A stretch of DNA of 64,000 nucleotides from Lophium mytilinum (lineage: Eukaryota): positions 444,801-508,800 of the forward strand of contig MU004184.1 of assembly GCA_010093605.1 (NCBI GenBank), written 5' to 3'. Numbering within the stretch: the first letter of the stretch is position 1; each line of letters starts with the position of its first letter. Under the pieces are notes generated by a model. It had not been told where the DNA came from. It did no database searches and saw only the letters and a program-made list of their open reading frames with translations. Both the position numbers and the translations under genes were made by a program. Of this stretch, positions 12,150-22,653 are shown in pieces.

Positions 12150-13340
12150 TCGTGCGTGCTTTCCGAGGAGGTGTAGAGGCGCTTCAGGCGGTGTCCTGAA
12201 GTTGTCCACAAGTCGCTTGTGGGAACGGAATAATGGGTACTGGATTAGTACTTTGAGAAGAGGCTTAGGTGCTGTCGATATGGGGTATCGTCTGGAGCCT
12301 CCCGACGAGCTTTCAGACCAAGAAAAGTGAATGATAGAATCTTTTGCGAACATACCAGGGCACTCCAAACGGTGCCTTATAAGTTACAAGACTGAACGGA
12401 GCCCCTCTTTAGATCTACATGCCACCCAACATGTTGCCGATCACGAAAATCGTTACGCCATGTTTGGGGTAGCGGTGGTCGTAAAACGTCGTCTCGAATG
12501 CTTCGTATACATCATTGTTGCTTCAAAGCCGTTGATTATATTTCATTGTGAATGTGCCAATGACCTTCAAACGGTGGCATAAAAGTCCGCATAAGGTTCT
12601 ATTAGACTCTTCATACTAGGTGATAAGTTAGCAAGAGCGAGATAATCTAGAGCGGGATTGCTATAGTGTTAGTGAGCACCGTCTGAGTTGGCTCCGCGAG
12701 TTCACCTTTTCTCCAAAACGGACCATGCAGACATGTTGCCAATATTCCGAGGTGTCTCAGACGGTGCTATAAAAGTGTACACAAGCATCTTGTAGACCGT
12801 GAGATGTCCTCACTTCGGGAACTAGGATTGAATAGAGAGGTTGTCGGTGTAGAGCTGTAGAGCATTGTCTTCTGAAGCCTGTCACATTTAAGAATCTGTC
12901 AAAGCAAATGCTACGCGCTATTTGAGGACCAATAGGATCTCCTCAAACGGTGGCATTAAGTGTGCAGAAACGTCCCCTAGAACGTCAGTATTCGGTACTC
13001 GCGAGAGCGATCTGGTTTGGGAGCTGTTAGTGTAGAGCCATATACCATCGTCTGAAGCAGCCTGACGTATCTTCGGGTCTGGTCAAAGCGATTGCTACAC
13101 TATCTTTGAGAGCATATAGTGGCACCTCAGACGGTATCATAGAGGTGTGCGTGGGTCCTTCCTAGGCCCGAATATCTAATGCTCACGAGAGCCAGTCGTC
13201 TTACGACGCGTTAGTGTAGAGCAGTAGACCACTGTCTGAAGTAGCTCAACGCGCTTCCAGGTCGGTCAAAGCCACTGTTACATTTCTTCAAGAATTCATA
13301 GCGGCGCTTCAGACGGCGGCATAGATGTGTGCACAAGCTT
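12150..13340. repeat. Degenerate tandem array, ~185-bp period, ~7 units
   Basis: Core C(C/T)TCA(G/A)ACGG recurs at ~12182, 12363, 12565, 12756, 12941, 13126, 13307 with similar flanks. Confidence 0.7.
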
Positions 13341-13535
13341 GTGAGGAGAGACAGATCTTGATTCTTATAAAATTACAAAAGAAAACAGGCCGTATATCCA
13401 AGCCCGAAGCCAATTATGAGAGGAGGGAGGTGGGAATTGCGCCGTGCGCGTTGATGGTGCCGCTACATAGTTTAGATTAGCAAGAGCTGTCAGTTCCATT
13501 GGATTGTGCCTCATACATGATGCCGAAGTCAGCGC

Positions 13536-13703
13536 TTAGTCCTCGAAGTCCTCCTCGTCCTCCGACAGTGGTGGTATCATGGTGTAGGGGTGGCGAGCCC
13601 CCTCCGGCGCCGTGAGCGCCCGGTACAGCTGCTTCAGGATTGGAATCCCGGTGACGACGACGAAGATGATGAGGAGGATCATTGATGGGGTGTCGAGGGC
13701 CAT
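13536..13703 (-). CDS. Small single-TM protein (55 aa) with acidic tail
   Basis: MALDTPSMILLIIFVVVTGIPILKQLYR...EDEEDFED; GC3-rich codons; 9-bp AACCTACAA-type repeats immediately upstream. Confidence 0.5.
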   Translation of the reverse strand: MALDTPSMILLIIFVVVTGIPILKQLYRALTAPEGARHPYTMIPPLSEDEEDFED

Positions 13704-14548
13704 GACGCGTAGTGTGGTGTTGATTCGCGCGTTGTAGGTTTTGTAGGTTTTGTGGGCTTTGCAGGCTTTGTTTGATTTGTAGGTGTTGTAGGTTTTGTAG
13801 GCTTTGCTGGATGTCTTCGGTGGGGTGAGAGGGAAAGGTTTGTGGTTGCAGCGCACGGTCTGTTGAGGTGACGGAAGGTGAACACGTGATGGAGACACGA
13901 TAAGTTCCCCGGCGATGACAGGTATGCATGAAAGACCTCTTGAAAACTTGTGCGTGTTATTCTACCGCGGTCTGAAGCCCCTCGATATACTTTTGCGATT
14001 CTACAATAGCGGAAAGACGCCACTCTGCACACACAGGAAGCTTGCCAGGCCACCTCAGACACCATAATTTAGGTCTACCGAAATCAAAGATTGCCGTATC
14101 TACGTCAAAACCTTCATCTGAGTCTGCCCCTATTACCCAAGCTCATCTCTCCTTCAGCGTCATACATATCTTCGACTTCAACGCCAATCCCTTCTCTTCC
14201 GCCCGTAGGCTGCAACGAGGAAGACGTTCTACTCTCCTCAGATGTACAAGATTAGACTATCCCCAAAGCAAACTTTCCAACTTTTCAGAATCTTTTCGCT
14301 CAATCAAACTCTCTTTTGAGCAATTTTCTACTCTCTCAATTTGATAAGCTCTGACTATCCACAGAGCACCATCAAATGCCGCAAAACGATGACTATATGT
14401 TCACAATATCAACGCGTTCACATTCGAGAACATTCTTCGAAGCAGCAGAAACACCGTTCCCAATTTCAACTCCCCAGTTCAAGCTCCAGAGGGTCAACTA
14501 TCTTCATACCGTCTGAGCGTCCACAAGCTACTAACCAAACCCCCAAAT

Positions 14549-14885
14549 CTACTCCTCCTCCTCTCCCATCTCCACCCCCTCCAACCACTTCTCCACCTTC
14601 TCAATCACCGCCTGCTTCCAGGCCGGCAGCTCCAGCAGCGGCGCCGCCGCCAGCAGCGGCGCCACCGCATGCAACACGTCCAGCCTCTCATACCACGTCA
14701 GCTCCATTGCCTCTCTGCGGAGCGTGTCGGGGGTCGAGGGGGTCTTCCAGGCGGCCTCGTGGGCGGCAAGGGGGAGAGGTTCTACAGGAGGTTATCAGCG
14801 CCATTCTTTTACATGAAGGTTCGAGGGCGATTTTACGTTTAGTTTGCTTGCGTGCGAACAGATGGCGCAAGATTGGGAGCTTCAT
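14549..14885 (-). CDS. Small hypothetical protein (~93 aa), intron ~14836-14782
   Basis: Splicing GTAAAA...GCTGAT...TAG gives MKLPILRHLFARKQTKQPLPL...WKQAVIEKVEKWLEGVEMGEEEE; strong coding-like GC3 bias. Confidence 0.45.
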
Positions 14886-17800
14886 GATCGCGTTTTGGGA
14901 GGCGGGTGGTGGCGTTCAGGTGGCTTTGACGTTGGTTTGATGATGGAAGTTTGAAGCTGATGTAGCGCTAGTTTTGTTTCTTGAGGATGTTTAAGGACGG
15001 ACGCTGACCTGAAATTGGACGCGAAAGGTGTTTATGTAGTGGAAAGTGTTACGCTACGAGAGGTGAAGGTGGTAGGCGAGACGGGCGCAAAAGTGAAGCC
15101 AATGGCAGTTCTTCTTCTATTTTGCGGCAAGGGTGGGACGCGGTGAAGGTACGAAGGGCCTAGAAAGGACGAACAAAATGTTTTCAATTGTCTGCTATTG
15201 TCGAAAAACCTCGCAATACTATAGAGATCTAAATGACAGGAAACTTCGGCGTTTTGTACGCATTAGTCTGCCACTGCTGGGAGGACCATAAGTTGTTTTG
15301 AAGATAGAGAAAGTACGGTACTTAAGTATTTGTACCTAGCAGTAATTTTGCTTTATGGCCTCCTCTCTCTAGAAACTACATCTACAAGAACATGCCCGCT
15401 AACAAGCTCAAGTCTCCTGCTACTCTCGCTGAAGTGCGAGCGTCTTCGGACCTCGTGTAACTAGGCTTGAGACTCAGTAAATAAGCTCTCGGAGCCTAAG
15501 GTTGGAGCTGCTAGGTGACTGTCGTTGGTCGGCTTGCTATGGTGGTCGGTCACTTCGCGTGGACAGGCTCGAGGCGACCCGTAGGAGGTAGAAGGCTGTT
15601 ACGGCGGCTAGCTCATCCATCGTCTTGGGCTCACCACGGTCACCCAACGGAAATCTTGTCTCATTCATGAGACTTGTTATCCAGCTCGTGGTTTGAGAAT
15701 GCTCCTTCTGTCATCACTGGGTTGTTCGTGGGCCTAGCGGCTTATTTAGATTAGTGTTCGTGAAATAAATTTGCGGGACTTTGTGGACTTTGAGGATACT
15801 TGACAGAGCACATAGCAGGGGGTTTCTACCCGGCATAGCGTTTAGCAAGCTAGATGTTCTGAGATAACCGCTTGCTGTAGATACTTCGTTGTCTTCTGAC
15901 TGCCGTAGGTCTCAATTATTTCCTTCTGCTCCAAGAAAATGGGTAGCGTGTGCCTCTGAACAAATTAGCTAGGCGATGAGCAATTTCGGTGCCGTCGTTA
16001 ACTGGATAAGTTCGTCATACTCTTTCGTTTATAGGCAGCATAGGAGTTGACCGTGTCTCTTTTTAAATGCGATTTGACGTTCTCGGAAATGTACCACTTG
16101 AGCTACATCCGTATATACCCCGGATGTCTTTTTCCGTTGATTTCATCCAACATGGAATGCCGTCTTACTTTAGGCTCAAACGAGATCAACTCCCGTGGCC
16201 CCAGCAACGACATTCCAGACTTGCTAGGACGCGTGAGTGCGACCAATATGAAAGGACAGCTGCGGATGCTACGGCATTATTCCCTCTCCGACACCAATCT
16301 CAAGTACCGCAAGACTCCCATTTAATCTTGGGTAGCTTGCAGACCGCGCGATCTTTGTAAGAGCTTGGAGAAAGGAATATGAAGCCTTGACAGGAAGAAT
16401 GGTCTCCGCGGAATCTCTAACCATCATGCCATTTCGAAACATCTAATTCCTGTCTTCAAGCTGTTCGTGCACCTGGCGCCCTCAATTGCCAGACCCATGA
16501 GCGAGCACTCAACCCGCGAGGGCTGGGCGTGGTCCTTCTCCTGGTGTGGCTCCAAAGACTCCATTCCCTGCCCATTGATCAGTGGGTCTTCCACTTCTTC
16601 TGGGATATGCCTAAAGTCTACCTCCCACGTCTTCGGGCAACAGAAGTTCTCTCTTGTGTCCGCCGCATCGATCTTGGAACACCTTCTTGAGCCGGTATTA
16701 TGATGCGATGAGACGGGGTCGACGCTAGTGGCTACGAGACCAACGAGAGGTATCCAGGCAGGCCCGACTTGGGGTTTGACTCCGACGAGAGATAGCTTGT
16801 GTGAAGGAGCCGGATATGAAGGCACGGTTGGAGTTCTGGCGGGAAAGGCGTCTCTTGAAGATGGAGCGGTGGGGCATGCCGATTGCAGTATGGCGTCGTG
16901 CTTCGACACCGCAACAGAGTCCGCAAATATGAGTCCAAACGTTCCCGTTCTATAGATATGACCCGGGCAAGCGATATGCGGTGGTGGTCTACGAAACCTC
17001 GACGGTGAGGCCTAAGGACGTGGCAATAAAGTCCTGGGGCCGTCAGCTCACAAATTCCTCCTTTCGCTTCTCCCACAGTCGCCCTGGTCCACTAGATATT
17101 ATCGAGAAGCTCGATGGGGGTATCGAAAGTGTACAGGTATAATGGTACAGCTTCGGGACGTGGCGAAGGATTCGAAAGAGGTGTAAAATGACTTCGAGGC
17201 TAGGACGACGCGCTTCCTGAATTCGGCGAAAAGTCTCGATATGCGAAGCTGGGCAGCGAAAATTCATCGTGATCTTTCTGCGACACTCTGGATGCGCGCG
17301 AAGATGGAGAGGTGACGGTGCTTGTTGGCTTCTAGAGGGTCGATTGGATGGGAGGATTAGGCCAATGAGACCGACGCCAGTAACGACTTGAAGACTTTGG
17401 TATTCTGATTGAGAACAAACACAAAGAATGGAAGGCTCTTACCTAGCCGCTGGGATGGATGCGCTGAAGCTGCTGATGCCAAAGAAGCTCTGGTAGCGAC
17501 GGACACCACATTCCTCAACACGGTGCCCCACGTGTCCATGACGGAGAGACAGAGATCTATCAAGGTTGTCTGCGAGAAGACAATGTCTGTTTGCTCGTTG
17601 GGGTATTCGTCATTCTCGTAGGTGTTGTGAGACCTTTCAGGCGACAAGCAGCGAGGATGGCATGTGAGATGCTTCAACTCCAAGCAGTCTCTGGAAGACC
17701 GCTTCAGCCTCCTTCTCCCACTCCTACGCGAGACAGGACACTTGTTGAAAAACAATGCAAGCAAGAAGATGGATGAAGGGAATAGAGATGACGCGACATG

Positions 17801-17928
17801 CCCAGCCTGTGCAGTGCGGACGCGTTCAGGGTTCTCGCTCAGGACGTGACGCGTCACAGCAACATCACAACACCACAACATTCACATCACGAAAGCAAGA
17901 GGCACGTCGTAGGATCGCCAAGAGAGAA

Positions 17929-17977
17929 AAGCTTCTTCTTCGAAGACCCGGACAAGCCGAGCAGTTCAATGAAAAAG
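17929..17977 (-). terminator. Conserved hairpin downstream of U2
   Basis: Homologous to 3516-3564, with a compensatory A-U to G-C pair. Confidence 0.65.
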
Positions 17978-17991
17978 AGGTGAACAAAATG

Positions 17992-18286
17992 TTCGCGTCG
18001 GCCCGAGGCAGTGCAATACGAGCGACACAGTGCCCCTGAACATAGGCAAGCCCAGCGGCTCAGGGGACAGTTTCCAAAGATTGAGAAATCGAGGGGAGGC
18101 CCCGTAGGACCATTTCCAGCGATTAAACTGAAAAACACCTGTAAGATTGTTAGTGATGGAAGCAAACAGGATAGGAACAGGGAACTTACCAATACTACAC
18201 TTGATCTAAGCCAAAAGGCACTGTGAAGATTGTTAGTCATGATGTGGAAAGGATGGGGGTGGAGTTGGAACTTACAAGAGAGCTGA
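17992..18286 (-). ncRNA. U2: U2 spliceosomal snRNA containing two GT-AG introns (18275-18221, 55 nt; 18189-18139, 51 nt)
   Basis: Spliced read AGCUCUCUU|UGCCUUUUGGCUUAGAUCAAGUGUAGUAUUG|GUGUUUUUCAGUUUAAUCGCUGGAAA... shows SL I, branch-recognition GUAGUA, SL IIa, IIb with UACG loop, IIc complement CGAUU, Sm-like AAUCUUUGG, SL III and SL IV loop GUAUUGCACU. ~190 nt spliced; ends approximate. Confidence 0.92.
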
Positions 18287-18310
18287 GGTCCACGAACTGT
18301 CGGCGGCGGA

Positions 18311-18372
18311 GTATTTATTGCTGGCGAACGACGCTAGCTTGGCGTGATGACTCATCAGCGCTAGGCAGTTTA
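18311..18372 (-). promoter_or_regulatory. snRNA promoter: TATA-like box plus 29-bp upstream element
   Basis: 18344-18372 identical to 3837-3865; minus-strand AATAAATA ~30 nt upstream of the U2 5' end. Confidence 0.75.
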
Positions 18373-19428
18373 CTCCGGGCCGTATAATGGCGACGGGGGG
18401 CCTACTGTGCTGCTGGCCAGTGACGGTGGATTGTTAGCCTCGTTACTGTGGCTCCGCTGTGGCTGGGATCCAACGGCGAGGGAGATCTGGTGCTCCGTAG
18501 CACTACGGGGAGCGCCTATGGTCAGTAATCCCGTGCAGCAGAGACTTCGCAAAGGCTTTGCACTGCCCCAATTGACTTTGTGGAAGATTGATTTGAACTG
18601 GAGGCCATTGGCACAGCGCCAACTGGGGGCTGGTCCCAATTCACCTCCGGCAGTGATCATCTACGGAAGTAGAGGCCTTACTATGGCTAGATGGCGAGCC
18701 GCAGGACACTCTGCCCACCTTTCAGACATTCTATGTGAAGTATGGTGTTGTTGTGAAGCTCATAGGATCTTTTGTGTCTTCCTGCACTGTCGCGTGCCCG
18801 AGGCCCCTTACCCACCAATCGCAATCGCAACTCACAGCCGTTTAAACTACAGAAAAAGACCATATCTCTAGTCGCAATGATGTGGTCATCAGCAGTATAC
18901 AGAACACAATAAACTCATATCTCGTAACCCTTTCGCTTGACAGAGCTCTGCCTTCAGTCTAATCGTTGCCTTCCCCTCATCTGGCGACGCATTCACACTC
19001 TGCTACTTTCTCTCTACCAAAGCCGGCTCTACCTCATCGTTTTTCGAGTCATCCATATATCAACCTATTCTCAACCACAGATCCCTCCTCGCCTTCTTGA
19101 TCCCCAAACGCGCGGCGCGGAACCCACTAGCCTATCTCGAAGCCACGGGTGCTAGAAACAGACGAGTATCAAAACAGAGGACAAAGACGCATTATTTACG
19201 TCCCCAGCAGCCAAAATGAGATCGACATCTGTCTTTGTGCTGTCTAGCCCTCCCAATCCCCGCGGAAACCAAGCAGAATATGGCGGAGCAAGATCATACC
19301 AAGCAATCGCAAGCACAACAAAAAGATAAGGAAATACAGCCGCTTCAGATTCCATCCCATCTCGACGCGGACGCCCATCTCCAGACCCCCAACCACCAAC
19401 CTCCAACACACCAGCTTCCATCTCACCT

Positions 19429-20028
19429 TCACACCCCTTCCAGCGGCGGATACACCTCCACATCCCCCGGCTCGACCCAATCCTCCGAAAACTCATACGT
19501 CTCAAAACACGTCGCCGCACTCCCCTCGGTATCGAAAAACCGAAACCGACACACCCCCCTCTCCCCCCTCCAATCCCCACTCATCACGCACGCAAACCCG
19601 CGCCGCTCAAACTCCGCCACCCGCTCCTCCACCGTCCTCTCCCTCCCCTCGGCACAGTCAAAGGCAACATGATGCACCCCCTCGCCCTTCGCGGCTACGA
19701 ACTCGGCCATCAGCGACGGGCCGGATACCGGCTCCATGATCTCCCAGGTCAGGGAGCCTTGGGTCGCGAAACACACGCGCAGGGCGAAGGGGGCTGGGGC
19801 GCCGTGGATGGTTTGGTTTGAGACGGAGGCGGGGGTGAAGTTGAAGACGCGGAAGGGGCCGATGCCGAGAGCGAGTAGGCCGTCCATGGTGCGGGTGGCG
19901 GAGGGGGTGACGATGCAGATCTCGATGAGGTTGCCGAGGAAGGGGGCTGCGAGGGGGGTGGGGGTGTGGGTTAGGGGATGTGGGTTGCTGTCGGGAGTCC
20001 CCTCGGGGTGAGGTCGGTGTTGCGACAT
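19429..20028 (-). CDS. VOC/glyoxalase family protein (methylmalonyl-CoA epimerase-like)
   Basis: Intronless 199-aa ORF with LGIGPF, WEIMEPVSGPS, GEGVHHVAF and FFDTE motifs. Confidence 0.85.
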   Translation of the reverse strand: MSQHRPHPEGTPDSNPHPLTHTPTPLAAPFLGNLIEICIVTPSATRTMDGLLALGIGPFRVFNFTPASVSNQTIHGAPAPFALRVCFATQGSLTWEIMEPVSGPSLMAEFVAAKGEGVHHVAFDCAEGRERTVEERVAEFERRGFACVMSGDWRGERGVCRFRFFDTEGSAATCFETYEFSEDWVEPGDVEVYPPLEGV

Positions 20029-20589
20029 GATGGAGTCTTGAGGGGTGGTCCGGATGTAGAGTACGACGGAGAAATAAGAAGTTGTTGGCGGCTTGGGACG
20101 AAGAGCGAGATTAAGTAGATGGGATGGGACCGTATGACGACGCGGAGTTTAGCGGCCGGCTTGGTAATGCGGGCTATGACGACGAGGTAATTGGAAAGCT
20201 GTATGTTGGAAATCTCGGATCGAGGTTTTTGAAAGAAAGTAGGATGTGAAAATTAGAGCTTGGAAGGCTGAGAGGAAGCGAATGAGGGCATCTGGGGATT
20301 GGGAGGTCATATCACGTGATCGATGTCAAGGTAAGTCTATTCGAATCAGAAGATGACTAATCTCTCGATGTTTTGATTGCAGTCAGTTTCTTACTTCTAT
20401 CTGAAAATATCCTTGTGCTGAAACCATGTATGTGCGTGCCTGTCTTCCACGTACAATATGCTCCCCTCATACACTGTCCGCAAGTCACGTTACTATCCTC
20501 TACATCGCGTATATAAACACACTCATTTGCCCCAATACCAACGTATGTCTAATCTACTATATCCTATGAACTCCTAACTATCCCATTCG

Positions 20590-22290
20590 ATGCAATGGGA
20601 ATCAGGCTGCTTTTTGACCCGCTACACACCCGCTGGCCGAGCTACTCTTCACATCGGTATCAAGCGATTAAGATCTGAAACTAGAGAATCCTATATCCGA
20701 GGGTGGGTTACCTTGAATTTCGTCCTGGTTGATCCCCGACACACAAGTTTAGGCACTTTTTACAACCGCTTAGGGTCCCTTAACTTGCTTTTGAATTTTA
20801 GAAATAATGTCAAGGCTAACGTAGTAAATGTTAGGCTGCGATTCACCCAGCTGCACACCTACTAGCTAAACCACCCTTCACGCCGGTATCAATTAATCAA
20901 GATTAGAAGCCGGTGCATCTTTTTCCGAGTCCTAAAACTGGCGTCCTCGTACACTCTTGAGACACACCTTTGGACACTCCTTACAATTGCTCGAGGTGCC
21001 TTAGTTGGCTTGTAAACTTCTAGATACGATCTAAAAGCTGACGTAGTAATATCAGACTGCTCTTCAACCAGCCGCACACCTACTAGCTAAACCACCCTTC
21101 AAGCTGGAAGTCTACGGAGATGTGTTCCATACTCTTGGGCTCCCCATGGAAGGTTTCGAATAGTTAAGCGCGATGTCAAGTTCTCGACGACGTAGACCAG
21201 ACTACTCTTTTCCTAAATACCTTCCAACTAGCTAGGCCACTCCTCTCGGTGTTATCCAGCAAGCAAGATTAAAACCGAAGGCGAATAGTAATAAAATAGG
21301 CTCGTGTGTCTAGTCTACGCACCTCCCTATTACACTCCTTAGGGTGCCCCCACAAGATTTAGAGCATCCCGGCGCGAAGTATAGTTCTAGATAGTAAAAA
21401 TTAGAGTACTCTTTTCCTCACTACCTCCCAACTAGCTAAGCAACACCTCGTGGTAGTGTTAATCGGGCAAGAATAAAAGTAAATATAAGTAAGTCTATAT
21501 ACTTAGATATATGCACCCCCCTTTTATACTCTCTAAGGTGCCCCCACATCATTCAAGACATCTAGGCGTAGTATTAAGTCCCAGGCCGCGAAAATTAGAC
21601 TCCTCTTTTTCTAAATACATTCTACCTAGCTAAGCTCCACTTTATAGTAGCGTTAGGGAGGCAAAAATGAAACTAAATAGTAGCAATTCCGTAAGTCTAG
21701 TCGCTATACCTCCCTTTTCTCATTCCCCGGGGGTCCCCACAAACTTCACATAACTAGGCACGATGTCAAGACCCACGGCATACATGTTAGACTACCCTTT
21801 TCCGCACTACCGCCTCTTTTATTAAGCTCCTCCAGCCATTGGCGTCAAGACAGTAAGATAGACGTTAAATAGTAGTAATTCCGTATATCTAATTCTATGC
21901 ACCCCCAATTCCAACTCTCCAGCGTACTTCTATACAGTTTAAAATATCCAGGCACCATGTTAAGTGCTAGACAGCTTAAACCAGACTACCCTTTTCCTTT
22001 CTACCTATAAAGTAGCTAAGTTACTCCTACTAGCGGTATTAAGTGCGCAAATTAAACGCCGAACAGTAGTAATCCGGTATGTTTATTCCACGCAACCCTA
22101 TTCCCTACTCCCCGGGGCCCCCCTACAAGGTCTGCCGCATCTAGGCACGACGTTAAACCCCACGGCTTACATATTAGACTACTCTTTAACCACCTGCCTA
22201 TTGACTGTCTGGGCCACTCCCTACTGCGGCATCAAGTGCGCAAGATCGAAACCAAACAGTGCCAAACTTGGACGTCTAGACACATAGCCT
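20590..22290. repeat. Degenerate tandem array, ~194-bp period (longer ~220-bp units at the left end)
   Basis: (T/C)(T/C)AGACTAC(T/C)CTTTT at ~21199, 21401, 21595, 21787, 21981, 22174; CACACCTACTAGCTAAACCACCCTTCA exact at ~20855 and ~21076; TpA-rich. Confidence 0.75.
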
Positions 22291-22653
22291 AGTACTGTCA
22301 TTTATTCCCACAAGCGCTCTACAGCACGCGCTGGTTGCTTATGTTACTATTGTCTACAAACTTGAATAAGAGGTTTGTGTACTAATGGTACCATTTTGGA
22401 CACAAGTAGGGGGTTTATGTACTAATGGCACCATTTTAAATGTAAGGGGCCAATGCGGGGTGGTTACATTAAGCAATACATGACAATGTAAAGGGCAAGT
22501 GTGAACATTTTCAGCAAAAGCAGAGAGGTCACGTCAGGAAATGCAAGAAGTAAGAGAGAATTGTGGATTAAAAGGCCGTTTCGTGCCGAAAAGGTGGAAG
22601 AAAACCCCTCCCCCTGACCACCCCCCAAGTCACCCACCCGCCCTCGCCTCCGC

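Noticed and set aside
14341..14940. 199-aa plus-strand Pro-rich ORF
   Set aside because: Antisense shadow of the small minus-strand gene; TTG start
17887..18240. 117-aa ORF and other short ORFs over the U2 and U4 loci
   Set aside because: Better explained by the snRNA exons and introns
1..19000. Starship or other transposon as the explanation for the accessory zone
   Set aside because: No tyrosine recombinase, transposase, reverse transcriptase, LTR or TIR recognisable in the window
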